DNA of 45,494 bases from an uncultured Eubacterium sp. (GCA_910577215.1 CAJTMQ010000005.1:244-45737), one strand, 5' to 3'; positions 34,027 to 44,720 are shown, counted from the stretch's first letter. The notes: generated by a model not told the origin, from the sequence alone. Numbers and translations: made by a program.

Positions 34027-34380
34027 ATGAATTCACTTGATATTGCAAAAATTGCCGTTAAAGCGGCAGACAGTAAGAAGGGGCAGGATATACAGGTTAT
34101 AGGTATAAGAGATATTTCTGTTTTGGCAGATTACTTTGTGCTTGTAACAGGTGATTCCTCAACACAGGTTAAAGCACTTGCCGATGAAATTGAATTTAAG
34201 CTTAAAGAAGCAGGGGAAGAGCCGCATCACATAGAGGGGCAGCAGTCAGGCTGGATCTGCCTTGATTTTTCTACAGTAGTCATTCACGTTTTCTATAAAG
34301 AGCAAAGGCAGTATTTTAAACTTGAGCATCTTTGGGAGGACGGAGATATAGTGAACACGGAAGAACTTTTGGAGGATTAA
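34027..34380 (+). CDS. rsfS: Ribosome silencing factor RsfS (Iojap)
   Basis: KKGQDI, ADYFVLVTG.S.TQVKALAD, EG....WICLDF..VVIHVF...R.YF.LE.LW. Start re-set to the ATG at 34027 after AAGGA. Confidence 0.94.
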   Translation: MNSLDIAKIAVKAADSKKGQDIQVIGIRDISVLADYFVLVTGDSSTQVKALADEIEFKLKEAGEEPHHIEGQQSGWICLDFSTVVIHVFYKEQRQYFKLEHLWEDGDIVNTEELLED

Positions 34381-34383
34381 CAT

Positions 34384-36792
34384 ATGGAATACAATTTTAA
34401 AAAGATTGAAAAGAAATGGCAGGATATATGGTACCGTCAGAATACCTTTGCTGCCAAGGAAGATTATTCACTCCCGAAATTCTACTGCCTTGTAGAATTT
34501 CCTTATCCAAGCGGTCAGGGTCTGCACGTTGGTCACCCGCGTTCATACACCGCACTGGATATAGTTGCAAGAAAGAAAAGGCTTCAGGGCTATAATGTTC
34601 TTTATCCCATGGGCTGGGATGCTTTTGGTTTGCCTACCGAAAACTTTGCAATTAAAAACCATATTCACCCTGCAGAGGTAACAAAGAATAATGTTGCTCA
34701 TTTTAAGCAGCAGCTTCAGTCACTCGGCTTTTCATTTGACTGGACAAGGGAAATTAACACAACGGATCCGTCTTACTATAAGTGGACTCAGTGGATTTTC
34801 CTTCAGCTTTTCAAAAAGGGTCTTGCTTATAAAAAGGAAATGGCAGTAAACTGGTGTACCTCCTGCAAATGCGTGCTTGCAAATGAAGAGGTTGTAAATG
34901 GTGTCTGCGAACGCTGCGGCTCAGAGGTTATCCGTAAAAATCAAAGCCAGTGGATGCTTAAAATCACTGAATATGCAGACCGTCTTGCTGCAGACCTTGA
35001 TGATGTTGATTTTATCGACCGAGTTAAGGTGCAGCAGAGAAACTGGATAGGCAGAAGCACAGGCGCAGAGGTTGATTTCAAGACAACTCTTGGTGATACC
35101 TTAACTGTTTATACCACAAGATGTGACACTCTTTTCGGTGCTACATATATGGTTATTTCACCTGAGCACCCGCTTATTGAGAAATGGGCAGAAAATATCT
35201 CAAATATTGATGAGGTGCGTGCATATCAGAACGAAGCGGCTCATAAGAGTGATTTTGAGCGTACAGAACTTAATAAGGATAAAACAGGTGTTATGCTTAA
35301 CGGTGTTATGGGCATTAACCCTGTTAATGATACTGAAATTCCGATTTTCATTTCAGACTATGTATTAACCTCATACGGCACAGGTGCAATTATGGCAGTT
35401 CCTGCTCACGATACACGTGACTGGGAGTTTGCAAAGAAATTCAATCTTCCTATTATTGAGGTTGTTGCCGGCGGAGATGATGTACAGGCAGAAGCCTTTA
35501 CAGACTGTGCAACAGGTACTCTTGTAAACAGCGGCTTCCTTAACGGACTTTCTGTTGAAGATGCTAAAAAAGCTATGATTGAATGGCTTACAAAAGAGGG
35601 TAAGGGTAAGGAAAAGGTTAACTTTAAGCTTCGTGACTGGGTATTCAGCCGTCAGAGATATTGGGGCGAGCCGATTCCGATTGTTCATTGCGATAAGTGC
35701 GGCTATGTTGCAGTTCCTGAGAATCAGCTGCCTCTTGAGCTTCCCGATGTTGAATCATATGAGCCTACAGATACAGGCGAATCGCCTCTTGCTAAAATAA
35801 CCGATTGGGTGAATACCAAATGCCCGTGCTGCGGCGGAGATGCGAAAAGAGAAACAGATACAATGCCTCAGTGGGCAGGCTCATCATGGTATTTCCTGCG
35901 TTATATGGATCCTCATAATAATAATGCTCTTGCATCAAAGGAGGCTCTTGAATACTGGTCACCTATTGATTGGTACAACGGCGGTATGGAGCATACAACG
36001 CTTCACCTGCTTTACAGCCGTTTCTGGCATAAATTCCTTTATGACATTGGTGTTGTTCCGACTAAAGAGCCGTATCAGAAGCGTACCTCACACGGTATGA
36101 TTCTCGGTGAAAACGGCGAAAAAATGAGTAAGTCACGCGGAAATGTTGTTAACCCTGATGAAATTGTTGATCAGTATGGTGCTGATACAATGCGTCTTTA
36201 TGAGATGTTCATAGGTGACTTTGAAAAGGCTGCTCCGTGGAATTCAGATTCAATCAAGGGCTGCAAGCGTTTTATTGAGCGTTTCTGGAATTTGCAGGAA
36301 ATTGCTGTTGACGGTGACGCTTACAGTGAAGAGCTTGAAGCATTTATGCATAAAACAATTAAAAAGGTAACAGAAGATATTGATAATCTTAAATGCAATA
36401 CTGCTATTGCCGCAATGATGGCGCTTATTAATAAGATTTATGAAAAGGGCAGCATTACAAAGGCAGAGCTTAAAACACTTACAATTCTGCTTAATCCGTT
36501 TGCACCTCACGTTACAGAGGAAATGTGGGATGTAATGGGCTTCGGCGGAATGGCAAACGAAGCACAGTGGCCTGAATATGATGAAGCTAAAACTGTTGAA
36601 AACAGTGTTGAAATTGTACTTCAGATTATGGGTAAGGTACGTTCAAGAATGACCATTCCTGTTGATATGCCTAAAGATGAGGTGCTTGCACTTGCAAAGG
36701 CAGACGAAAAGATTGCCGCTGCAATTGAAGGCAAAACAATCAAAAAGGAAATATATGTACCCGGTAAGCTTGTGAATATAGTTACTATGTAA
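34384..36792 (+). CDS. leuS: Leucyl-tRNA synthetase
   Basis: [55 protein letters not shown]. Confidence 0.98.
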   Translation: MEYNFKKIEKKWQDIWYRQNTFAAKEDYSLPKFYCLVEFPYPSGQGLHVGHPRSYTALDIVARKKRLQGYNVLYPMGWDAFGLPTENFAIKNHIHPAEVTKNNVAHFKQQLQSLGFSFDWTREINTTDPSYYKWTQWIFLQLFKKGLAYKKEMAVNWCTSCKCVLANEEVVNGVCERCGSEVIRKNQSQWMLKITEYADRLAADLDDVDFIDRVKVQQRNWIGRSTGAEVDFKTTLGDTLTVYTTRCDTLFGATYMVISPEHPLIEKWAENISNIDEVRAYQNEAAHKSDFERTELNKDKTGVMLNGVMGINPVNDTEIPIFISDYVLTSYGTGAIMAVPAHDTRDWEFAKKFNLPIIEVVAGGDDVQAEAFTDCATGTLVNSGFLNGLSVEDAKKAMIEWLTKEGKGKEKVNFKLRDWVFSRQRYWGEPIPIVHCDKCGYVAVPENQLPLELPDVESYEPTDTGESPLAKITDWVNTKCPCCGGDAKRETDTMPQWAGSSWYFLRYMDPHNNNALASKEALEYWSPIDWYNGGMEHTTLHLLYSRFWHKFLYDIGVVPTKEPYQKRTSHGMILGENGEKMSKSRGNVVNPDEIVDQYGADTMRLYEMFIGDFEKAAPWNSDSIKGCKRFIERFWNLQEIAVDGDAYSEELEAFMHKTIKKVTEDIDNLKCNTAIAAMMALINKIYEKGSITKAELKTLTILLNPFAPHVTEEMWDVMGFGGMANEAQWPEYDEAKTVENSVEIVLQIMGKVRSRMTIPVDMPKDEVLALAKADEKIAAAIEGKTIKKEIYVPGKLVNIVTM

Positions 36793-36798
36793 AAATGT

Positions 36799-36829
36799 AA
36801 AGGGAGAGCGTACACGCTCTCCCTTTTTT
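36799..36829. terminator. Terminator between convergent leuS and AraC gene
   Basis: AAAGGGAGAGCG-taca-CGCTCTCCCTTTTTT. Confidence 0.88.
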
Positions 36830-36837
36830 ATGCAGTC

Positions 36838-37668
36838 TTATATTTTTAGATGTTCTCTGTATGCCTTAGGGGTTTCATTATATTTGTGCTTAAAGGCAGT
36901 AATGAATGCGGATGCAGATGTATAGCCGCACCGCACGGCACATTCTTGGGCAGATATATTTTCCTGTTCAAGCATTGTTGCTGCCATTGCCATTTTAGCT
37001 TCATATCGCAGCTTTTTAAAGGACGAGCCGTAGTAATCCTTTATTATGCGTTCGGCCTGACGGGGGCTTACACCCATATTTTTTGCAAAATCATCAAGCG
37101 TAACATTGCTGCAATCTTCCAGCAGAAGCTGATCGAGTATCCACGAACGGCTTTCGTTCAAGTCTCCGTCCGACAGTGAGCTTGCGGAGCTTGTTTCATC
37201 AGGAAAATATAAACGTGTTATTTCAACAATCAGTCTTATTGTAAGGGAGGAGAGAATACTCTCCTTCAGAAGTCCGTTACTTTCATTTTCCTCAACCATA
37301 GTTTTAAAGATATGGCGTACAGCGGCATTGCTTTTTCCTATCCAGAAGGCTTTTGAAGTGAATAATTCAACAGCTCTGTCTGTATTTTTAGAATTAGGGA
37401 TTTTCAGATAAATACATATTTCGTGCATAGGATTTTCTGTATCGGGCGTCTGCTTGTGCAGTGTATTCGGTCCTGTAATATAAAAGGTATTTTTAACTAA
37501 ATTGTATTTTTTATCTGCTGTTTCAAGAATACCCTTGCCGTCATCTATTAAATGAAGCTCATATCCGTTTTTAGGGTGCGAATGCATAGGTACAATTTCT
37601 GTCAGTGTGTCGGAGAAAACTTTAAATATCTGTATTTTATTTCCATTGAAATGAAAGGTTATTGCCAT
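36838..37668 (-). CDS. AraC family transcriptional regulator
   Basis: N-terminal cupin (HSH...YELH.I..GKG...GP..LHKQ). C-terminal double HTH (TLDDFAKNMGVSPRQAERII...A.RCGYTSASAF..AFK). Confidence 0.93.
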   Translation of the reverse strand: MAITFHFNGNKIQIFKVFSDTLTEIVPMHSHPKNGYELHLIDDGKGILETADKKYNLVKNTFYITGPNTLHKQTPDTENPMHEICIYLKIPNSKNTDRAVELFTSKAFWIGKSNAAVRHIFKTMVEENESNGLLKESILSSLTIRLIVEITRLYFPDETSSASSLSDGDLNESRSWILDQLLLEDCSNVTLDDFAKNMGVSPRQAERIIKDYYGSSFKKLRYEAKMAMAATMLEQENISAQECAVRCGYTSASAFITAFKHKYNETPKAYREHLKI

Positions 37669-37745
37669 AAAATCACCATTTTTATTAACTCAAAATTATT
37701 TTAACATCAATTATATATATAATCAAGCATTAAATTTATATTAAA

Positions 37746-37809
37746 CGACATTAAAAATGCTTTTTTGTCGGATAAATGTCTTTTCATAATAAGAAAAAAG
37801 CATTATACT
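37746..37809 (+). promoter_or_regulatory. Putative activator-dependent promoter and AraC binding site for the glycosidase operon
   Basis: CGACA-N15-TGTCG inverted repeat (37746-37770) and a second TGTC 11 nt later. Weak -35 TTTTCA-17 nt-TATACT (37804-37809). Confidence 0.45.
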
Positions 37810-37845
37810 GAATGATGAAAGATATTTAACTGATGAGGTGATTTT

Positions 37846-39210
37846 ATGAAGATTGCCGTTATAGGCGGCGGGGGAGTCCGCTCAATGTTTCTGGCAAAAA
37901 GTATTGCCCAAAAGGCTGAAAGGCTTCATATTGATGAGCTCTGCTTTATGGACAATAATGAGAAGAAGCTGAAAATATACGGCGGTATGGCAGCGCACGT
38001 TGCAAGCTTGCTCTGCCCTGCACTCAAATTTACATTAACAACCGATGCTGTTGATGCTGTAAGGGATGCCGATTATGTTATAACCACAATTCGTGTCGGT
38101 GAGGATGATATGCGTGCAAAGGATGAACGTATTGCACTCGGAAAAGGAGTTCTTGGTCAGGAAACAACAGGTGCGGCAGGTTTTTCCTTTGCTATGCGCA
38201 GTGTGCCTGCTCTTGCAGAATACTGTGAGCTTATAAAAAAGTATTCCAAAAGAAATGTAAAGGTGTTTAACTTTACAAATCCCGCAGGTGTAGTTTCACA
38301 GACTTTAAGAGATATGGGCTATGATTTTACCTATGGAATATGTGATGCACCGTCAGGTATGCTTCGTTCCTTTGCTCTTCTTTATAATGAATCACCTGAT
38401 AATATCAGCGGAGAAGTTTACGGGCTTAATCATCTGTCCTATTTTAAAAGTATCATTCTTAACGGCAAAGAAATTATGAATGAGCTTATTGAAAATGATG
38501 ATGCTTATATAAAAACAGATATGCGTTATTTCAGCAAGGAGCTTCTCAGGGACAGAAAGAGTGTTTTAAACGAATATCTCTATTATTTCTATTACAGAGA
38601 GCAGGCAGTTGAAAATATTTTAAAGGCGGAGCAGACGAGGGGCGAACAGATTCGCGACATTAATAAGCATATGACCGCTGAATTATCCGCAATGGATATT
38701 GAAAATGATTTTGAGGGCTGCCTTAAAGTGTTTGAAAGATGGTATGGTATGCGTGAGGGCAGCTATATGGCAAGTGAAACAGGTGTTAAGCGTACGGCTC
38801 CGTGGAAATTTGATATGTATGAGGAGGATGACGGCGGCTACGCAGGTGTTGCTCTTAAATTTATAGAAACTGCGCAGAGCGGTACAACAGGCACAATGAT
38901 TATGTGTATTCCGAACAACGGCTCAATAAACGGACTTCGTGATGATGATGTTGTTGAAATCACCTGTGATGTTAATGCAGATGGCTGCACACCTCATTAT
39001 ATAGGTGATGTTGACGAGCAGAATCTTGAAATGATAAGACGCGTTAAAATTTATGAACGCTTATCATCAAAGGCTATCAGGGAAAAGGATAGGGCTGCGG
39101 CAGTTCAGGCGCTTACACTGCACCCGCTTGTAAATTCCTATTCACTTGCAAAAGAGCTTGTTGATGAATTTATTGAACACAATAAGGCTTACAGTTCGGA
39201 CTGGAAATAA
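37846..39210 (+). CDS. Family 4 glycoside hydrolase (NAD+/Mn2+-dependent, 6-phospho-beta-glucosidase-like)
   Basis: KIAVIGGGG, ADYVITTIRVG, GQETTGAAG, NFTNP, GICD (metal Cys), GLNH, GGYA, N.G.I.GL.DDDVVE, AL.LHPLV. Confidence 0.9.
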   Translation: MKIAVIGGGGVRSMFLAKSIAQKAERLHIDELCFMDNNEKKLKIYGGMAAHVASLLCPALKFTLTTDAVDAVRDADYVITTIRVGEDDMRAKDERIALGKGVLGQETTGAAGFSFAMRSVPALAEYCELIKKYSKRNVKVFNFTNPAGVVSQTLRDMGYDFTYGICDAPSGMLRSFALLYNESPDNISGEVYGLNHLSYFKSIILNGKEIMNELIENDDAYIKTDMRYFSKELLRDRKSVLNEYLYYFYYREQAVENILKAEQTRGEQIRDINKHMTAELSAMDIENDFEGCLKVFERWYGMREGSYMASETGVKRTAPWKFDMYEEDDGGYAGVALKFIETAQSGTTGTMIMCIPNNGSINGLRDDDVVEITCDVNADGCTPHYIGDVDEQNLEMIRRVKIYERLSSKAIREKDRAAAVQALTLHPLVNSYSLAKELVDEFIEHNKAYSSDWK

Positions 39211-39228
39211 AGAAAAGGGGAATTCATT

Positions 39229-42200
39229 ATGGGTAAGAAAAAGATTTATACTGTTGCAACGGCGCATCTGGATACAATCTGGAGCTGGGATTTTGAAACA
39301 ACCGTTTCAAAATATATTTACAATACACTTGTTGATAATTTTAAGATGTTTCAGAAGTATCCAACCTACAAATTCAATTTTGAGGGCAGCTACCGCTATG
39401 AGCTTATGGAGGAATATTATCCTGAGCTTTTTGAAAAGGTGAAGGAATATGTTAAAGAAGGCAAATGGAATATATGCGGTTCTGCTTTTGAAAACGGAGA
39501 TACCAATATTCCTTCTCCGGAAGCACTTTTCAGAAATATTCTTATAGGTAATTCTTATTTTGATAAAACCTTCGGCAAAAGAAGTGTGGATATTTATCTG
39601 CCCGACTGCTTCGGCTTCGGATGGGCACTTCCGTCAATCGCAAAGCACGCAAATCTGAAAGGCTTTACAACACAGAAGCTCGCATGGGGTTCTGCATACG
39701 GAACGCCGTTTGATATAGGCAAGTGGTACGGTGTTGACGGTGAGCACATCTATGCAAGTGTTAATCCGCACGACTATTATTTTACTTTAACAAAGCTTCG
39801 TGATTGGGATTTGGTTCAGAACAAGCTTAAGGAAAATGAAAAGTATGACCTTGACTGGACATATATGTTCCACGGCATAGGTGACAGGGGCGGTGCACCT
39901 AAAGAGAAATCAATTGCCTATGTTGAGGGTGAGGTTAAGAAAAACGATACGGAGGATATTGAGGTTTATGTGGCAACTGCCGATGAAATTTACCACGATA
40001 TAGATAATAAATTAACAGATGAACAGAGGGCTAAGCTTCCTGAATGGAAAACAGAGCTTGTTATGCAGAATCACGGTGTCGGAGGGTACACTTCACGTGC
40101 AGTCGGCAAACGCTGGAACAGACGCTGTGAGGAACTTGCAGATATAGCTGAAAGAAATTCGGTTGTTGCTTCCTATCTTGGTACTGCTGATTACAACAGT
40201 GATGTTCTGAACCGCTCGTGGAAGCGTTTTATTGCACACCAGTTCCACGATGATATGCCGGGCACCTCTGTTCAGCGTGCTTACCGCAGAAGCTGGAATG
40301 ATTATGCAATGTCTGCCAATCAGTTTGCAGGCGAGCTTGAAGCAGCCGCAGCATCTGTATCAACACTGATGAAAACAGATTTCTGCAGCGGTATGCCGAT
40401 TATGGTATCCAATCCTATAGAGGCAGATATTCACGGAGCAGTTACAATCCGTCTTGAGAATATAAAGCAGCCATATGTAAGAATTTATGATGATGCGGGC
40501 AAAGAGGTTAAAAGTCAGATTAAATCAGACAAAAACGGAATTAAGGAAATTGTTTTCATTGCTGATGTTAACAGTCTTGGCTATCGTATTTATGATGCAC
40601 GTCCGAGTGCAGAGCCCTGCAAGGTTAAAAGTGAAATTTCCATAAATTCGGATAATGTTATGGAAAACCAGAAATACATAGTAACTCTCAATAAAAAGGG
40701 AAATATTACTTCAATTCTTGATAAAACACAGGATGAGCTTGAAATCCTGAAAGAGCCTGTGGTACTTGGGCTTTATAATTACACAGGCTCAAAGGATTGG
40801 CCTGCATGGGAAATGAATTATGAAGAGGCAAATAAGGAAGCAGACAGAATACCCGAGCTTGTAACAATCAGCGTTGAAGAAAACGGACCTGCAAGAGTTG
40901 CCTTTAAGGTTGTGCAGCAGGATAATAATAAACGCTCACAGTTTTCAAATATAATTGCATTAACGGACGGTGGCGAATGTGTTGAGGTTTATTCCGAGAT
41001 TGAATGGCAGAATCTCTGCACACTTGCAAAGAACAAATTTGCGTTTACCTGCTCAAATGAAAAGGCAACATTTGATTTGGGCTTCGGTGCAATTCAGCGT
41101 GAGAATATGAATGAAAAGCTTTTTGAAGTTCCTGCACAGAAGTGGGTTGATATAACAGATAAAAGCGGTGATTTCGGTGTTTCCGTAATCAGCGAATGCA
41201 AGTACGGCTGGGATAAGTTCAGTGATAACACACTCAGAATGACTGTTCTGCACACGCCTAAAAAGAATTACAGAATAGATTCGATGCAGTCTATGCTTGA
41301 TATAGGTCTGAACAGATATTCGTTTGCAATCTTCAGCCACAGCGGTCAGGTTGGTGAAGCTACTCAGCTTGAGGCACGAAAGTTTGTTCAGCCTATGACT
41401 GCTTTCCTTGCCGAAAAGCACAGCGGTGCACTTAAGTCACATTACAGCTTCGGCAATGTTTCAACAAATGATGTTATTATCCGTGCAATCAAAAAGGCAG
41501 AGAACAGTGATGAAATTATTGTTCGCCTTAATGAGGGTTCAAATAAAAGCGTAGATCATTTTACACTTGAGCTTGGCAGCGGTATTGAAGCTGCACGTGA
41601 AGTTTTTGCAAGTGAAGAGGAAAAGAGAAGTGCTGTTATTGAAAACGGCAGGCTTGTTACAAGCTTTAAGCCTTATGAAATCAAAACCTTCGCAATCACC
41701 TTAAAAGAAAGTGCTGTTAAGGGCAAAAAGTCTGTTTCCTCTCCTACAGATGTTAAATTTGATAAGAATATAATCACCGCACAGGGTGCGGAAAAATCTG
41801 ATTTTGAGTATAATATTCCTCGTGAAATCACACCTGATCATGTTACTGTAAACGGAATTGATTTTGCAATTTCAAAAACAGATAAAAATGCATTTGTTAT
41901 GAATGGTCAGACAATCCGTATTCGTGAAAATGCAGACAAATTGTGCCTGCTTTGTGCAGCTCTTAATGATGATAGGAAGGTTACCTTTGATGTGGACGGC
42001 ATGGCAGTTTCAAAGAATATTTTAAGTGCTTCACAGGCATTTGCCGCGTGGGATCTGCCGGATCTTGGCGATACGGCATATGTGAAACGGGGAAAGCTCG
42101 GCTTTGAAGCAACGCACAGCCATGTTAACGGAAATGATGCTGTTGCCAGAGGTATGTATTTCTATATTGCAGAAATAGATGTTAAGGGCAAAAAAACAGT

Positions 42201-42423
42201 TACACTTCCGTATGAAAAGGATATTGTTGTTATTTCCGCGGCAGAGTATCACGGAACTGACAGCAAGCTGATTACGCCTGTTTTTGACGAGGTTGACGAA
42301 AACAGAAAGCAGACCTTTTCATTAACACTTAAAGAATATCTTCGGTATGAATATTATAAATGTGTATGGAATTTGAATGACAGGGATAATTTCCTTTCTC
42401 ACAGAAACAAAGGAAGAAAATAA
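39229..42423 (+). CDS. Family 38 glycoside hydrolase (alpha-mannosidase)
   Basis: AHLDT.W.W (Zn ligands), YLPDCFG (nucleophile Asp), G.GDRGG, QFHDDMPGTS, FEVPAQKWVD, KYG, IKKAE. No signal peptide. Confidence 0.92.
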   Translation: MGKKKIYTVATAHLDTIWSWDFETTVSKYIYNTLVDNFKMFQKYPTYKFNFEGSYRYELMEEYYPELFEKVKEYVKEGKWNICGSAFENGDTNIPSPEALFRNILIGNSYFDKTFGKRSVDIYLPDCFGFGWALPSIAKHANLKGFTTQKLAWGSAYGTPFDIGKWYGVDGEHIYASVNPHDYYFTLTKLRDWDLVQNKLKENEKYDLDWTYMFHGIGDRGGAPKEKSIAYVEGEVKKNDTEDIEVYVATADEIYHDIDNKLTDEQRAKLPEWKTELVMQNHGVGGYTSRAVGKRWNRRCEELADIAERNSVVASYLGTADYNSDVLNRSWKRFIAHQFHDDMPGTSVQRAYRRSWNDYAMSANQFAGELEAAAASVSTLMKTDFCSGMPIMVSNPIEADIHGAVTIRLENIKQPYVRIYDDAGKEVKSQIKSDKNGIKEIVFIADVNSLGYRIYDARPSAEPCKVKSEISINSDNVMENQKYIVTLNKKGNITSILDKTQDELEILKEPVVLGLYNYTGSKDWPAWEMNYEEANKEADRIPELVTISVEENGPARVAFKVVQQDNNKRSQFSNIIALTDGGECVEVYSEIEWQNLCTLAKNKFAFTCSNEKATFDLGFGAIQRENMNEKLFEVPAQKWVDITDKSGDFGVSVISECKYGWDKFSDNTLRMTVLHTPKKNYRIDSMQSMLDIGLNRYSFAIFSHSGQVGEATQLEARKFVQPMTAFLAEKHSGALKSHYSFGNVSTNDVIIRAIKKAENSDEIIVRLNEGSNKSVDHFTLELGSGIEAAREVFASEEEKRSAVIENGRLVTSFKPYEIKTFAITLKESAVKGKKSVSSPTDVKFDKNIITAQGAEKSDFEYNIPREITPDHVTVNGIDFAISKTDKNAFVMNGQTIRIRENADKLCLLCAALNDDRKVTFDVDGMAVSKNILSASQAFAAWDLPDLGDTAYVKRGKLGFEATHSHVNGNDAVARGMYFYIAEIDVKGKKTVTLPYEKDIVVISAAEYHGTDSKLITPVFDEVDENRKQTFSLTLKEYLRYEYYKCVWNLNDRDNFLSHRNKGRK

Positions 42424-43805
42424 TGGAAAATCAATTTGAGAAGAATTGGACAAATTACAACAATGGCTGCCCGCTTGAAGATGAAGAGGTAAAGCGTTAT
42501 ATATCTGTTTTGCCATCTGAAAATCAATGCAGGCTTGCACAGAATCCGTTTTACTGCTTTATTCATTTCGGAATGAATACTGCAACCGCAAGAGAATGGG
42601 GCAAAGGAACGGAAAAGGCTGCCGATTTTACAATTAAAAGCATTAAGCCTGAGCAATGGGTAAAGCATATCAAAGCAGCAGGTGCAAGCGGTATTATTTT
42701 AACCTGCAAGCATCACGATGGTTTCTGTTTATGGCCATCGGCTTACACGTCTTTTTCCGTGAAAAACGCAGGCTTTACAGGCGATATTGTTAAAATGGTT
42801 TCGGATGCCTGTAAAGCAGAAAACCTTTACTTTGGTGTTTATCTTTCTCCGTGGGATATGCACGAAGAAACCTACGGAACAGAGGCATATAATGATTATT
42901 TCTGCAATCAGTTAACAGAGCTTTTAACAAATTACGGTGAAATCAACGAGGTTTGGTTTGACGGTGCAAAGGGTGCAAACGCACGTTCCTTTGAATATGA
43001 CTGGCAAAGGTATTATAAGCTGATCAGAGAGCTTCAGCCGAAAGCCAATATAGCAATTTGCGGTCCGGATGTCCGTTGGGTAGGCAATGAAGGCGGCAAA
43101 ACAAGAAAATCTGAATTTTCAGTTGTTCCAAAGTCGCTTTGTATGGCAGAAACCGTAAGCAAGAATAGTCAGCATACGGCGAAAGATACCGCAAAGCTGC
43201 GTAATCTGAAGTCAACCGATGAAGATTTGGGCAGCCGGAAGGTGCTTGCCGAAAGTGAAGAGCTTTGCTGGTATCCTGCTGAGGTTGATGTTTCAATCCG
43301 TAAAGGCTGGTTCTGGTCCAAAAACGAAAATTTTACCGTTAAAAGCGGCAAGCGTCTGTTTAAGCTGTATCTTGATTCAGTGGGCAAAAACTGCACATTT
43401 CTTCTTAATGTGCCGCCAACCGATGAGGGTGTGCTTCATAAAAGGGATGTTAAATCTCTTACCTCCCTCGGCAGAAGAATTGCACAGATGACATCAAAGC
43501 CTATTGCTGTTGAACAGCCGGGCTGTCTTAATCAGGATAATGGCTGCCTTGATTTCAATTTTGATTGTGAGAAAAAGCTTAAATATGTTATTATCAAGGA
43601 GGATATTCAAAAATCTCAGAGAGTTGAAGCCTTTGATATATACATAAAAAAGAAGAACGGAAGGTATAAACAAGCGGCTTCAGAAACAATTATCGGCTCG
43701 TGCAGGATTGTTGCACTCGGCGGCAAAAGGTGCGTTGGTGCAAGAATTGTTATCCGCCAGAGCAGAAGTAATCCTGTTATTTCCGAAATCGGTTTTTATG
43801 CGTAA
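42423..43805 (+). CDS. Family 29 glycoside hydrolase (alpha-L-fucosidase)
   Basis: FIHFG.NT...EWG, LTCKHHDGFCLWPS, GVYLSPWD, QLTELLTNYG, VWFDGA (nucleophile), RWVGNE, YPAEVDVSIR.GWF, SVG.N..FLLNVPP. Confidence 0.93.
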   Translation: MENQFEKNWTNYNNGCPLEDEEVKRYISVLPSENQCRLAQNPFYCFIHFGMNTATAREWGKGTEKAADFTIKSIKPEQWVKHIKAAGASGIILTCKHHDGFCLWPSAYTSFSVKNAGFTGDIVKMVSDACKAENLYFGVYLSPWDMHEETYGTEAYNDYFCNQLTELLTNYGEINEVWFDGAKGANARSFEYDWQRYYKLIRELQPKANIAICGPDVRWVGNEGGKTRKSEFSVVPKSLCMAETVSKNSQHTAKDTAKLRNLKSTDEDLGSRKVLAESEELCWYPAEVDVSIRKGWFWSKNENFTVKSGKRLFKLYLDSVGKNCTFLLNVPPTDEGVLHKRDVKSLTSLGRRIAQMTSKPIAVEQPGCLNQDNGCLDFNFDCEKKLKYVIIKEDIQKSQRVEAFDIYIKKKNGRYKQAASETIIGSCRIVALGGKRCVGARIVIRQSRSNPVISEIGFYA

Positions 43806-43814
43806 TTAATATTA

Positions 43815-43842
43815 AAGCGGTCTGAAATTTTTCAGACCGCTT
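43815..43842. terminator. Hairpin terminator between convergent GH29 and radical SAM genes
   Basis: AAGCGGTCTGAAA-tt-TTTCAGACCGCTT, with T/A-rich flanks. Confidence 0.8.
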
Positions 43843-43850
43843 CAATTTTA

Positions 43851-44720
43851 TCATAAAGCCTTGTTTATTTTATTTAAAACATTTTTCTTGTCTGCACTCC
43901 AGAGCGGTGCAATCAAATCTTTTTTTGCTCCGTCACCTGTTAAGCGGTGAATAACAACATTTTTCGGAATTATATCAACGCATGCCTTAAGAATATCAAT
44001 ATATTCATCAAGTGCAAGCACTTCAAATTTTCCGCACTTGTACTCAGCTTCAAGGTCTGTTCCTTTCAGCACGTGAAGAAGCTGCAGCTTAATCCCGTCA
44101 GTTCCTGCTTTGCAAACGTAGTTAACAGTTTCAAGCATATCTGCCTTAGTTTCATTCGGCAGTCCTATTATAATGTGCGTTACAACATTAATGCCTGCAT
44201 TTTTCAGCCGTTCTACTGCGTTGTCATAAACATCAAGCGTGTATCCGCGGCGTATGTATTCAGCCGTTTTTGCGTGAATCGTCTGCAAGCCGAGTTCAAC
44301 AAAAACAGGCTTGATTTTGTTCAGCTTTTCAAGAAGATTAATCACATCATTCGGCAGGCAATCCGGTCTTGTTGCAATGGAAAGGGCGGCAATATCAGGA
44401 TGCTTTATTGCTTCTGTAAGTTTCCTTTCAAGCACATGGGCAGGGGCATATGTGTTGGTGAATGCCTGAAAATAAGCAATATACTTTCCGCTTTTTATTT
44501 TCTTTTCAACTCGGTGTTTGCCGCTTTCAATTTGCTCAGTTATTGATTTTTCCGAACTTTCGGCAAAATCTCCGCTGCCGCCTTTGGAACAGAAGATACA
44601 TCCGCCTGTTGCGATTTTTCCGTCTCTGTTTGGGCAGGTGAAGCCTGCATTTATACTTATTTTGTAAACCTTACAGCCGAAGGTATTGCGCAGATACTGA
44701 TTAAAGCTATAATATTTCAT
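43851..44720 (-). CDS. Radical SAM protein, TIGR01212 (YhcC/YtqA) family
   Basis: KVYKISINAGFTCPNRDG...GGCIFC, YIAYFQAFTNTY, IATRPDC, VELGLQT, IRRG, HRLTGD. ATG at 44720 preferred over the TTG at 44726. Confidence 0.92.
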   Translation of the reverse strand: MKYYSFNQYLRNTFGCKVYKISINAGFTCPNRDGKIATGGCIFCSKGGSGDFAESSEKSITEQIESGKHRVEKKIKSGKYIAYFQAFTNTYAPAHVLERKLTEAIKHPDIAALSIATRPDCLPNDVINLLEKLNKIKPVFVELGLQTIHAKTAEYIRRGYTLDVYDNAVERLKNAGINVVTHIIIGLPNETKADMLETVNYVCKAGTDGIKLQLLHVLKGTDLEAEYKCGKFEVLALDEYIDILKACVDIIPKNVVIHRLTGDGAKKDLIAPLWSADKKNVLNKINKAL

